A stretch of 64,000 nt of DNA, taken from contig JBBTCT010000031.1 of the NCBI GenBank assembly GCA_038060895.1, positions 32,001 through 96,000 of the forward strand, in the 5' to 3' direction. The notes under the pieces are model-generated. The model did no database searches, was not told the DNA's origin, and saw only the letters and a list, made by a program, of their open reading frames with translations. This document shows, one piece after another, positions 36,339-45,782 of the stretch; within the stretch, counting starts at the first letter, position 1; each line of letters begins with the position of its first letter. Position numbers and translations under genes: made by a program. Origin of the DNA: Planctomycetota bacterium. Its GTDB lineage: Bacteria > Planctomycetota > MHYJ01 > WSZJ01.

Positions 36339-36382
36339 CGGGTTCCCTTTGTTGAAGTGAAGCGCGGAAGTCTACCTTTCCC

Positions 36383-36889
36383 CTAAGGGGGTGGCGACTT
36401 TTCCCACTTCTCCTGCGCGTTCTGCCGGAGCCAGTCGAGTGCATGACCGGGCCCGTAACCGTGGATCAGGACGTTGGGGTAGTAGCCAAACGGCGTGAAA
36501 CTGAGCGCCCAGCGGCACTTCTTGATCACGGTCACGGTCCATCCATTCTTGAGTTCGATGTCCAGGTCGTAAACGAAAGGTCCGTAGAGCGTCGCGACGA
36601 AGATCCAGAGCACGAACCCCTTCACCTGCGGCACCACCCGGACCTCGACGATGTCCTCGTAGCGGATCTTCAACGGTTCCTTGCCGCCCTCGACCGTGTT
36701 CCTGACGGAGATGCTGTCCTCCGTGACTTCCAGGATTTCCGGGTAGTGCCCGCGCAGCTTGTCGAGCGCTTCCTGCTTGTTCCAGTCTTCCCGGTCCGCG
36801 TGAAGCGCCCGGCAGCCTCCGAGGACGGGAAGCAGGGCCACGACCAGGACAGCGCGAAAGCGGAGCTCACGCCAGGCCGGAATTCGCAT
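36383..36889 (-). CDS. Hypothetical lipoprotein
   Basis: LGGC lipobox-like after hydrophobic stretch; GAGGAG SD. Confidence 0.65.
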   Translation of the reverse strand: MRIPAWRELRFRAVLVVALLPVLGGCRALHADREDWNKQEALDKLRGHYPEILEVTEDSISVRNTVEGGKEPLKIRYEDIVEVRVVPQVKGFVLWIFVATLYGPFVYDLDIELKNGWTVTVIKKCRWALSFTPFGYYPNVLIHGYGPGHALDWLRQNAQEKWEKSPPP

Positions 36890-36934
36890 GGTTTCTCCTC
36901 CCCCGAGAAGAGCGTTGCGCGGGTCCCCCGCCGA

Positions 36935-38350
36935 TCACACCCAGCTGACGAATTCCTTCACCATCCTGCCGAAAACCTTCGCCGTGCGGAGACTCGTGAG
37001 CCGCCCGAGATGGTTCCCGATCATCGATGGCCGCAGGTAGAACTTGCGATAGGCCTTCGACCGCGCCGCTTCCACGTCCTCGCTCGACAACCCGGGGACG
37101 TTCAGCGCGCTCTGGTTCTGCTCATATTTGCGGTAATCGTCCGTCGCGATCCAGCCTTCCTCCTGCGCCCAGTCGTACAGGTCGCAGCCGGGGAAGGGGA
37201 CGGCGCAGTAGAACTGGGCGAAGTCGAGGCGGAGCGAGCGGACGAACTCGACGGTCTTGCCGATCGTCTCGCGCGTCTCGCCGGGAAAGCCGAGCATGCA
37301 GTGCGCCGCGGTCTCGAGACCGGCGTCCTTTGCCCAGCTGATTGCCTGGCGGATCTGCTCGACGGTGGTGCCCTTCTTCATCGCATCGAGCATGTCCTGC
37401 ACGCCGCTCTCGACGCCGAAGCCGATGATCTTGCAGCCGGCCTGCTTGAAGAGTCCCAGCAACTCAGGGTCAACGTCGTCCACGCGCGAGTTGCAGACCC
37501 ACTCGATGTCCAGACCGCGGGCGATGATCTCGCGCGCGACGGCCTTGGCGCGCGGCGGGGAGAGCGTGAATCCCTCGCTCCAGAAGAGGAACTCGCGGAT
37601 CCCGAACTGCTTCCCGTAGTACTCGAGCTCGTCCACCAGCGCCTTCGGCGTGCGGAGGCGCAGTTTCTTGCCGTAGTACGTGTGGTCTGCGCAGAAGACG
37701 CACGGGTGCGGGCATCCGCGGCCCGTCGCGACGAGCAGGAAGGGGTTCCCGGTGTACGGCATCAGGTAAAGGCGGTGCTGGATCAGGTCGTACGCCGGCC
37801 AGGGCAGCTCGTCGAGGTTCTCGACTGGCACCCGCTCGGGCGTCAGCATGATTTCGCCGTTGCGCATCAGCGCGAGGCCGGGAATCCCTTCGATCGGCGT
37901 CTTGTCGGAGAACGCCTTCAGCAGCTCCTTCACCGTCAGCTCAGGCTCCCCGCGGATCACCGCGTCGAGCCGCTTCGCCCGGTCAAACGCGTCCTTCGGG
38001 ATCGCCGTCGCATGGATGCCGATCACCGCCACGAACGCTCCCGGCCAGCCATTTTTCACTGCTTCGACCGTCGTCAGGTCGCTGTCGAAGCTCGGCGTCA
38101 CCGCGTTCATGACCACCAGGTCAGGCTTCAACTCCGCCGCGCGCCGCGTCACATCGACGAAATCGAGGTCCTCGACGATGCAGTCGTTCAGGAACGCTTC
38201 GTGGCCTTCCGCACGCGCCATGGAAGCGCAGTACGCCATCGAAAGGGGCGTCCAGATCGTGGTCCAAGCGCCGCCGCGCTGCATGCAGCGGCCTTCGCGG
38301 ACCTGCTTCACGCCGTGGTCGGCCGGCGGGTTGAGTGCCCAGACGCGCAT
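36935..38350 (-). CDS. B12-binding-domain radical SAM protein
   Basis: RGCPHPCVFC (CxxxCxxC), GEPE, GVESG, LGFPGET; AGGAG SD. Confidence 0.93.
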   Translation of the reverse strand: MRVWALNPPADHGVKQVREGRCMQRGGAWTTIWTPLSMAYCASMARAEGHEAFLNDCIVEDLDFVDVTRRAAELKPDLVVMNAVTPSFDSDLTTVEAVKNGWPGAFVAVIGIHATAIPKDAFDRAKRLDAVIRGEPELTVKELLKAFSDKTPIEGIPGLALMRNGEIMLTPERVPVENLDELPWPAYDLIQHRLYLMPYTGNPFLLVATGRGCPHPCVFCADHTYYGKKLRLRTPKALVDELEYYGKQFGIREFLFWSEGFTLSPPRAKAVAREIIARGLDIEWVCNSRVDDVDPELLGLFKQAGCKIIGFGVESGVQDMLDAMKKGTTVEQIRQAISWAKDAGLETAAHCMLGFPGETRETIGKTVEFVRSLRLDFAQFYCAVPFPGCDLYDWAQEEGWIATDDYRKYEQNQSALNVPGLSSEDVEAARSKAYRKFYLRPSMIGNHLGRLTSLRTAKVFGRMVKEFVSWV

Positions 38351-38452
38351 GAGTTCTCCTCCGAGGCCCCCCCACGGGGTCGGAGGGCGCATCCTAGCAG
38401 TCTCGAAGGGGTGGGTCCACGGACAAAAGGCGCGGCGAAAGTCCGCCTTAAG

Positions 38453-38506
38453 AGGACAACTTCAAGACAGCGAACTCTCAAGCAAACGGAGAACTTCAAA
38501 AGGCAA
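38453..38506. repeat. Partial copy of the CAACTTCAA repeat family seen at 55940-56092
   Basis: GGACAACTTCAA, TCTCAAGCAAACG and AACTTCAAA shared with the left arm of the 55940 hairpin. Confidence 0.6.
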
Positions 38507-38518
38507 TCTAAGGGCGTT

Positions 38519-39178
38519 CTACCCTTCCTGGCGTGTCCCCAGCCACTTCCCGAACCAGTCCCTTGCCAACCGGGAAGCTGCCTCAAGCGTGCCTTCCTCC
38601 TCGAATTCGTTCGTCGCCTTCGCCACGACTTCCATCCGGGCGGCCGAGAGCATTCGGTTCACGGCGGCCTCGTTCAGGTCGATGATTGCCCAGTCGAAGC
38701 CGCCCACGACGAAAAGGACCGGCGCTGTCACGCCCCGGGCCGCATCGCCGGCGAATTCCGGGCGTCCGCCACACGAAACGACCGCGCGGACCGGGTTGCC
38801 GGGCTGCGAAGCGGCGACGAGGGCCGCGGAGGTGCCGGTTCCCCAGCCGAGGAGGGCGAGCGGGAGGCTGCCCAGATCCTTGTGTTCGCCCGCCCAGCCG
38901 ATAATCGCCTGGAGGCGCCTCGCGGGTGCGGCCGCGCTGAACTTGTAGTCGGGCTCGGCGAGCTCCGCAGGTGTCAGAAGATCGTAGTCCAGCGTCGCCA
39001 GCCCCGCCTTCTGAAGCTCCGCCGCCACGAGACCGCTTCGGCCGTCCCCGCGGACCCCGCCCCTGCCGTGCGCGAATATGACGACCCCGGCCGGGCGATC
39101 GGGCACCGTCAGGCTTGCCTCGATCGTTCGGCCTTCAACGGGAATTCGGACGGCAGTATCGCTGGACGTCGCGGGCAT
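38519..39178 (-). CDS. Alpha/beta-hydrolase-fold (dienelactone hydrolase-like) protein, catalytic residues apparently lost
   Basis: GVVIFAHG, DLLT..E, LLGWGTG, AVVSCGGRP, VLFVVGG.D, ATNEFEE.GTL. Confidence 0.8.
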   Translation of the reverse strand: MPATSSDTAVRIPVEGRTIEASLTVPDRPAGVVIFAHGRGGVRGDGRSGLVAAELQKAGLATLDYDLLTPAELAEPDYKFSAAAPARRLQAIIGWAGEHKDLGSLPLALLGWGTGTSAALVAASQPGNPVRAVVSCGGRPEFAGDAARGVTAPVLFVVGGFDWAIIDLNEAAVNRMLSAARMEVVAKATNEFEEEGTLEAASRLARDWFGKWLGTRQEG

Positions 39179-39300
39179 CGTGGCGGCTCCGGAGGGGGAC
39201 GGATGTCGCTTTGCTGCAAGGGGAATGCCCACGCATCCCCACGCGATCCGGCGCAATTAAGTGAAGAATTCCCCACACACGGCGGCAAATTCCGCAGCCG

Positions 39301-40536
39301 TTACTTGTCCCCGGCGTAGGTCACCGTCAGGTTGGCGCCCTTCAGCCAGGCCTGGTTCGCGATCGCGCAGCGCAGCCGGCCCGTCATGAGCCGATCGTAA
39401 AGCGCCCGGTCCGTCTCTCGCAATGTTGCCGCCGGGTTTGCCTTGAGCTGCGCGGCGGACGGATACGAAGCGGAGACCTTTCCTTCTTCCTTGAGGAAAG
39501 CGCCAAAGTCCTTGCAGAGAATCGCCGGGTCTGCGGCCGCCCAGAAATAGATCCCGTCGCTCGCGGTGTCGCTCCCGAACGCCCGCACCTTCAGCTCGAA
39601 CTCCACTTTCACGATCTCCCCGCGCGGTTTGAACTCGAAGCAGAACGGCCGCGGCCCCGCTTCGGACTTCTCGTCATGCTCGTCCCACGCCACCGCCACC
39701 GCCCCCGTCGCGAGATTGTTGGAGTCCATGTCGTCCTCGTGCGCGAACACCACGTCCCGCGCCCCGTCCGCCGTCACCTGGCTCTGCCGCCCGTACGTCA
39801 CCGCCTGCAGCTTCAGCTTGTTGAACGTCAGCGCCGGCTGCACGTACAGCTTCCCCGTCCGGATCGTCAGCACGCGCATCACGCTGAACGCACCCTTGTC
39901 CGCCGAAAGGTCCAGGTCCCACCCCTTGAGATCCCCGCGCATCTTCGTCATCACGTTCGTCAAATCCGCCTTCGCCTCCGCCGTCGCAATGTTCCGCTTC
40001 CCGCTGATCAGCGCCTGCGCCGACAGCGTGCATCGCAGCAGCTCCAGGTCCCAGTCCGTCGACTCGCCCTTCACTCCGCCCGCGTCCGCCTTCCCCACGC
40101 AACCGTTCAGGCAGGCCAGCGCAAGCCGCGGCGGGCGCGCGATTCCGAAGTACCCCCAGAAGTCCTTCCACTCGATCAGCTTCGTGTCGCCCTCGGCCGT
40201 CGGGACGCCGACCTGCGTGATCGAAGAGTGGCAATTCAGAACCAGCAAGGCGCCGTTCCCGAGCGCCTGAAGCGCAGCCTTCGCGTCCGTGAAGTTCTTC
40301 GCGAGTTCGTCGCTCGACAGCTTCCCGATCTGCCCGTTGAATGCGTTCACCGTGTTTGACTTTGCCGAGGGGAACGCGTCGTGGATTGACTTCACGGTCG
40401 CGGCTTCCAGGCGACTGGTTCCCGCCGCGAAAACGGCGGTTTTCGATTCGTACTGGAGGGTGACGACGGCGTCGGCCGCGAACGCGGAGGATGCGGCGAC
40501 GAAAAGAACGAACAACGTCGACCGAAGGCGCTTCAC
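39301..40536 (-). CDS. Secreted hypothetical protein, possible CHAT/caspase-clan domain
   Basis: Signal peptide; LLVLNCHSS and LACLNGC motifs; beta-rich C-terminal domain. Confidence 0.6.
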   Translation of the reverse strand: MKRLRSTLFVLFVAASSAFAADAVVTLQYESKTAVFAAGTSRLEAATVKSIHDAFPSAKSNTVNAFNGQIGKLSSDELAKNFTDAKAALQALGNGALLVLNCHSSITQVGVPTAEGDTKLIEWKDFWGYFGIARPPRLALACLNGCVGKADAGGVKGESTDWDLELLRCTLSAQALISGKRNIATAEAKADLTNVMTKMRGDLKGWDLDLSADKGAFSVMRVLTIRTGKLYVQPALTFNKLKLQAVTYGRQSQVTADGARDVVFAHEDDMDSNNLATGAVAVAWDEHDEKSEAGPRPFCFEFKPRGEIVKVEFELKVRAFGSDTASDGIYFWAAADPAILCKDFGAFLKEEGKVSASYPSAAQLKANPAATLRETDRALYDRLMTGRLRCAIANQAWLKGANLTVTYAGDK

Positions 40537-41213
40537 ACGATGTCCCGCGCCAGTCGCAGCAGGAACCGCCAGCTGCTGGACGTCGCGAGCTTCGACTTGC
40601 CCCAGGCGCGCTCGTACTCGTGGCTGGGCACTTCAACCACGCGCAACCCCTTCTTCAGCGCCTTCATCACCATCTCGGTTTCGACATCGAAGTGCGTCGA
40701 GTTCAGATGGAGGTCGAGCAGCTTGTCGCGGAAGCCGGCGCGGAAGCCGTTGAGGATGTCGGTGAGCTTGACGCCCCAGCGCACGTTCACCATCCAGGTC
40801 GCGAAGGCGCTTCCCATCTGCCGCCAGGAGTGTTCGATGTCCATGCGGAATTCGTCGGAGCCGCCGGTGGCGCGGGAAGTGATGACGAGGTCGGCTAGGC
40901 CGAGGGAGAGGGGCGCGAGGACGTTGGGGATATCGGCGGGCTCGTGCGATCCGTCGGCGTCGAAGAAGCAGACGACGGGGTGGGAGGCTTCGCGCAGCGC
41001 GGTGCGGACGCCGTCGCCCTTGCCGCGGCCGCCGTCGAGGACGACGCGTGCGCCAGCGGCCTCGGCGATCTGGCGGGTGTCGTCGGTGGAGTGGCCGTCG
41101 ACGACGAGGATCTCGTCCCCCCAGGGGCGGACCTGCTCGATGACGCGGGCGACGCCGCCGCCTTCGTTGCGGGTCGGGAGGACGATCGTGACTTTGTGGC
41201 CGGGAGCGATCAC
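40533..41213 (-). CDS. Glycosyltransferase family 2 (DPM1-like)
   Basis: IVLPTRNE, VVDGHSTDDT, GKG, FDADGSH, ETE, R.WGKSK. Confidence 0.93.
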   Translation of the reverse strand: MIAPGHKVTIVLPTRNEGGGVARVIEQVRPWGDEILVVDGHSTDDTRQIAEAAGARVVLDGGRGKGDGVRTALREASHPVVCFFDADGSHEPADIPNVLAPLSLGLADLVITSRATGGSDEFRMDIEHSWRQMGSAFATWMVNVRWGVKLTDILNGFRAGFRDKLLDLHLNSTHFDVETEMVMKALKKGLRVVEVPSHEYERAWGKSKLATSSSWRFLLRLARDIV

Positions 41214-41280
41214 GCGGGTTTCCCCAACGGGAGGGTTCCCCCCCGCGAGTGGAGCATTGAAGCGGCTTGGGCCCCTGCGA

Positions 41281-41955
41281 TCAAGCAGGCTTTCGTGTTG
41301 CGATAATTGAGATTTTGGCCCAGGTGTCGGGGTTAGAAGTGCGTTCCAGCGTGGCAATGATGCGGTCCATGGTTCTGGCGAAGAGTTTGGACTTGCCGAG
41401 CGAGGGAAGGCCGAACTTGTGGTGGAGGATGGCGCGGTAGACGAGCGTGGGTTCGCGGACTGTGAGCGTGACGGGGTCAACGGGGAGTCCGTCGAAGAGC
41501 GCAGCGAGCCCCTTCGGTGTCTGCTTCGCGATGTTCTTCTCATCCGGGTCGATCGCCGAGAACAACCTCAAGATCGTGTTGCGCCCGTTGTCGTCCAGGA
41601 TGCACACCTTTCCGCCCGGCGCGCAGACGCGGACCATCTCCGCGACGGATCCGCGCGGGTCCTCGACGTGGTGCAGGATGTCCCGCGCGAAGACACGGTC
41701 AAAAGCCCCTTCCCGGAACGGCAGCCGCGCGGCGTCCGACTGCGCGAATTTCCCGTCGGTCTTCTTTCCCGCCGTCCGCAACGACGCGCGGTTGATGTCG
41801 ATCCCGAACGCGCCCTTGATCCCGCGCACGATCAGGTTGTTTCCTTCGCCGCACCCGACCTCGAGCACGCGCTCGCCCGCGACGTCGAGCGCAGCCAGGA
41901 TCGCGGCTTCGCGCGAGCGCATGTACGGGTTTTCGGTGAGCCAGTCGACGCGCAT
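41281..41955 (-). CDS. Class I SAM-dependent methyltransferase
   Basis: VLEVGCGEG, DAARLPFREGAFD, LHHV, RVCAPGG. Confidence 0.9.
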   Translation of the reverse strand: MRVDWLTENPYMRSREAAILAALDVAGERVLEVGCGEGNNLIVRGIKGAFGIDINRASLRTAGKKTDGKFAQSDAARLPFREGAFDRVFARDILHHVEDPRGSVAEMVRVCAPGGKVCILDDNGRNTILRLFSAIDPDEKNIAKQTPKGLAALFDGLPVDPVTLTVREPTLVYRAILHHKFGLPSLGKSKLFARTMDRIIATLERTSNPDTWAKISIIATRKPA

Positions 41956-41977
41956 GGGGGCGGGCATTGTAGCGGGC

Positions 41978-43282
41978 TCAGCGGACGCGGGGCGCCTGCG
42001 ACTTCCGCACAAGCTGCGTGACGCGCTCTCCCGTCCTCGCCAGGTCCCCCCGGATCGTGAACACGCCTGCGACGCAGGCGGCGGCGCTGACGAGGAGGGC
42101 GACGGGCATGAAGAGGAACGCGCGCTCGAGGCCGTGGTCGCCGATCAGGCGCCCGAACAGGAGCGGCGAGATGGTGTCGCCGAAGGCGTGCATGCAGAAG
42201 ATGACCGTGGCGTAGGCCATGGCGCGGGCGTTCGGGGCGCTGATGTTGGCGATCGTGGTGTTGAGCGTCGGCGTGCAGGACATGAAGAACAGGACGCCGA
42301 AGAAGAGCGCGGGGAAGAAGATCCACGGCTGCGTCGCGAGGATGGCGGTCCAGAGGCAGATGAGCCCGCCGGTGAGGCCGACCGCGGCGACCATCAGGTA
42401 GCCGCCCGGGTGGCCGCGCCTGGAGATGCGGTCGCCGGCCCAGCCTCCGAGAAGCGTGCCGAGGATTCCCGGGAGGATCAGCGTCAGCCCGATCATGACG
42501 TTCGCCTTCGACGGGTCGAGGTGCTTCACGTCGCCGAAAAACTGCGGGAGCCAGTGCAGAAGCGGAATCGTTGCGAAGGCGATGCCCGTGAGGGCGAGCG
42601 TGACCAGCCCGAAGGTGCGGTTGCGGAAGAGCGCGAGCTGTTCCCAGAAGGTGCCCTTCCCGGGAAGCGGCGCGTGGACGCCCAACTCGGTGTCCTGCGC
42701 GCCGCGCGGCGGGTCCACGAGCATCCAGGCGACGACGGCGATGATGATTCCCGGGATGGCGACCGTCATGAACGTCCCTCGCCACCCGAACGAGTGCGCA
42801 CCCATGAAGTGCAAGCCCGGCAGCAAGCCGCCGAGGACAAAACCGCAGGCGCTTCCGATCGGCACGCCCGTGTAGAACACGCTGAGCGCCTTGCCGCGCG
42901 ACTCCTTCGAGAAGGCGTCGGCGATGAGCGGCGGGCCGACCGTGAGGAATCCGGCTTCGCCGACGCCGATGAGAATGCGGGCGAGCAACAGCGTCTTGAA
43001 CCCGACTGCGAGCCCGCTGGCGAGCGTCGCCAGGGACCAGACGAGGCAGCAGAGGGCGACGATGCGCGGGCGCGTCCATCGGTCGGCGAAGTTGGCGACG
43101 ATCGGCGAGCTGAACATGTAGCCGAGCGTGAACGCCGTCGCCAGCCAGCCTTCCTGCCCGCGGCTCAAATGGAGGTCGTCGGAAACGAGGCCGAGGACCG
43201 CGGAGAGGACGTAGCGGTCGGCGTAATTGAGGAAATTGATGAAGAAGAGAATTCCGAGGACCGCTGAGGCGCGACGGATCAT
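41978..43282 (-). CDS. MFS transporter (spinster-like)
   Basis: INFLNYADRY, ARILIGVGEA, PLIADAF, FGDTISP; ~12 TM. Confidence 0.9.
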   Translation of the reverse strand: MIRRASAVLGILFFINFLNYADRYVLSAVLGLVSDDLHLSRGQEGWLATAFTLGYMFSSPIVANFADRWTRPRIVALCCLVWSLATLASGLAVGFKTLLLARILIGVGEAGFLTVGPPLIADAFSKESRGKALSVFYTGVPIGSACGFVLGGLLPGLHFMGAHSFGWRGTFMTVAIPGIIIAVVAWMLVDPPRGAQDTELGVHAPLPGKGTFWEQLALFRNRTFGLVTLALTGIAFATIPLLHWLPQFFGDVKHLDPSKANVMIGLTLILPGILGTLLGGWAGDRISRRGHPGGYLMVAAVGLTGGLICLWTAILATQPWIFFPALFFGVLFFMSCTPTLNTTIANISAPNARAMAYATVIFCMHAFGDTISPLLFGRLIGDHGLERAFLFMPVALLVSAAACVAGVFTIRGDLARTGERVTQLVRKSQAPRVR

Positions 43283-43339
43283 GTGGGGCGCGGGACTATA
43301 GCAGAGCCCGCGTGGAAGATTTGCCGATAAACTGAAGGC

Positions 43340-43768
43340 ATGCGTCCAACGGCCCCCATCCTCACCCTTCTCATCCTCGCCCTCGTCGTGGGCGCGGTCG
43401 CGGCGCTGGCTGCCCGCGCCGGGCTGTCGCGCGACCCGCGCGCGGACGAGCTTGTCGAAATCTCCCTCGACCGCCTCCAGCACACCATCACGCTGCCGCC
43501 GGATCACAACGCGCGCATCACTTCCTACGTCGATCCTGTTCTCCATTTGCGGCGCCGGAACGAAGCGGAAACCAGGCGCCGGCTCGACTTCAATCGCCCG
43601 AAGCTGCAGGACTCGCTTCAGTCTGCGCTCTCGCGATTCCACGTCACCCAGCTCCAGGACGACAGCGCCAGGAGCGAACTGGCCCGGGAGATGCGCGATG
43701 CCGTGAACGGAGTCCTGGGCGGTGATTACGTGGAAGCGGTGTCGGCGCACATGAGTTCTTCGCGCTGA
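43340..43768 (+). CDS. FliL-like single-TM protein
   Basis: N-terminal TM; RPKLQDSLQSALSRF..QLQDDSARSELAREMRDAVNGVLG...VEAV resembles FliL. Confidence 0.6.
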   Translation: MRPTAPILTLLILALVVGAVAALAARAGLSRDPRADELVEISLDRLQHTITLPPDHNARITSYVDPVLHLRRRNEAETRRRLDFNRPKLQDSLQSALSRFHVTQLQDDSARSELAREMRDAVNGVLGGDYVEAVSAHMSSSR

Positions 43769-43964
43769 GGCTGAGAAAGAATCCTGCCAGGCAAGCTGCG
43801 TCGGCCCGGGGAGTTCTGGCAAAGGCCCCGAAACGCCTCAAGCTACCACGCCCATGCCGGCGTTCTCCGGAGCGCACGGATTTTCCAAGGCGAAATCCGC
43901 AAATCGCCGCCGCGCCTTACGTTATGTCATTGACTCGGGGGCCGCGAAGGGTTAAGAGGAAGGT

Positions 43965-45782
43965 ATGCGTCTTGAGAAGCTCCCCACTGGAATTCGCATC
44001 ACGGCCGAGGATGAGGTCTACCTCGATCTGACAACCGCGCAATATGAGGACATTTTCTACGCCCTGCCGCTCGAATGCTCGAGCCTCTATCTGCTCCTGA
44101 ACGGCACCGTCCTCTCGCACGCCGACGACCGGGCGATCCTGCAGTTCATCGTCGAGGCGAACGGCGGCGTCGACGAGGCCATGAAGACGCTTCAGGCCCT
44201 CGTCCAGGAAACGCCTCCCCCTTCGGCCTCCGTCGTGGTCGAACCGCCGAAGCCCGCCGAGTCGCCGCTGACCGCGAAAGCCCCCGCGCCGCCGAAGGTC
44301 GAGGAGCCCGCCGACGAGCCCTTCGAAATCCTCGTGCATCCTTCGAAACCCGCGGTGGATCCCTTCGCGGAAATCGTCAAGCCGGCGAAGGCAGAAGAGA
44401 AGCCGTTCGTGATCAAGGAAGTTCCGAAGCCCGTGAAGCCGGCCGAGTTGAAACCGATCGGAGGCTCGGAGGTCCGGCGCCCCGGCACAGGAGTTTTCGA
44501 GAAGAAAGCGCCGACGCCGATCAAGATCGAACCGCAGCCGGACGGGAAGCGGGTGCGGATCACGGTCGGGTCGAAAAGCCTGGACCTGGGCGTCGTACGG
44601 TACGAGGACCTCTACTACGCCGTTCCGGGCGACAACGCGAGCCTCTTCCGGCTCATCAACGACACGATCCTCAACCGTCCTGAAGAACGGGATGCGCTGA
44701 AGGACCTGCTCGGACTGCTGGGCGGCATCGACTCCGGAATGACGGCGCTGCAGGAGGCGGTCCAGAAAGTCGAGCCGCCTCCGAAGAAGGCGAAGTCGAC
44801 GGCGCCGTCTGTGGCGGGGCAACAGACGAATTCCTTCGGCAAGTCGGGCTCTTCGGCGCCTGCGGTCGGGCCGAAGACGCAGACGTTCGGTGGTACTACC
44901 AAACCGGCGTCGACGGTGCAGCCGGGTGCGCCGAAATCCGGGGTGGTGGTGCAGACGAGCAAGCCGGGCCTGCCGATCGCGCCGGTGGCGCCCGCCGCTG
45001 CGGCCAAAACACCGGTGCCCGCTGCGGGAATCAAGATGCCATCCCCGCCGACGGGGGGAGGACTCGCCAAGCCGCCCGCACTTCCGGTGGCTCCGGCAAA
45101 GCCGCCCGTCGTGCCGTCCTCACCCGCGAAACCGCCGTCGATCGCGCCCAAGACGGTCCTTCCCAAAGGAATCCCGCCCAAGATCACGGGCCCGATCCCG
45201 TTCAGCGTCGATGTCCCGGACGAAGTGGACGAAGTCGAACTCGTGGACGACGTCGAGGAAATCCCGGTCGCGCCGGTAGACGGCGGGCGACCCGGCCATT
45301 CGCCGGCAGCGTCAAAGCCGCTTCCCGCTTCCGTGGCCAAGGCGCCGGGATCTATGGCAAAACCCGGCACCGCTCCCCCTGTTTCCAAGGCCGGCGCGCC
45401 CGCGCCCGCGGCCGCCGCTTCCATGGCCAGGAAAAAGGGCAAGGAAATCGACCGCCCGGCGGGGCAGGCCCAGATCAAGATGTCGAAGGAAGACATGGAC
45501 CGGACGGGCGTCAAGGTCAAGGCGGTCCCGAACGTCGGGTACCAGATCATCTGCAAGGAGTACTTCATCCAGCTCTCCAAGGCGCAGTACCAGGAACTGC
45601 ACTACGCGCTGCCGATGCCCGTCATGAACATGTTCAAGCTCGTCCACAACGACCTGCTCAAGGACCCGCAGTCGCGCGGCGTCCTCATGAAAATGATTCA
45701 CCTGGCCGGCGGCCCGAAGGACTTCATGTCGGCCCTCTCCCTTCAGGTCCAGTCCATCAAACCCACCGAGGACTGGCAGTAA
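43965..45782 (+). CDS. Hypothetical protein with three copies of an ~83-aa domain separated by Pro/Ala/Lys-rich linkers
   Basis: Repeats share L...QYEDIFYALP / RYEDLYYAVP / QYQELHYALP and GG...M.ALQ..VQ; GAGGAAGG SD. Confidence 0.8.
   Translation: MRLEKLPTGIRITAEDEVYLDLTTAQYEDIFYALPLECSSLYLLLNGTVLSHADDRAILQFIVEANGGVDEAMKTLQALVQETPPPSASVVVEPPKPAESPLTAKAPAPPKVEEPADEPFEILVHPSKPAVDPFAEIVKPAKAEEKPFVIKEVPKPVKPAELKPIGGSEVRRPGTGVFEKKAPTPIKIEPQPDGKRVRITVGSKSLDLGVVRYEDLYYAVPGDNASLFRLINDTILNRPEERDALKDLLGLLGGIDSGMTALQEAVQKVEPPPKKAKSTAPSVAGQQTNSFGKSGSSAPAVGPKTQTFGGTTKPASTVQPGAPKSGVVVQTSKPGLPIAPVAPAAAAKTPVPAAGIKMPSPPTGGGLAKPPALPVAPAKPPVVPSSPAKPPSIAPKTVLPKGIPPKITGPIPFSVDVPDEVDEVELVDDVEEIPVAPVDGGRPGHSPAASKPLPASVAKAPGSMAKPGTAPPVSKAGAPAPAAAASMARKKGKEIDRPAGQAQIKMSKEDMDRTGVKVKAVPNVGYQIICKEYFIQLSKAQYQELHYALPMPVMNMFKLVHNDLLKDPQSRGVLMKMIHLAGGPKDFMSALSLQVQSIKPTEDWQ

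Noticed and set aside
38350-38519. Possible cobalamin riboswitch upstream of the B12 radical SAM gene
   Set aside because: No recognisable B12-box or conserved core; region is largely occupied by a CAACTTCAA repeat fragment
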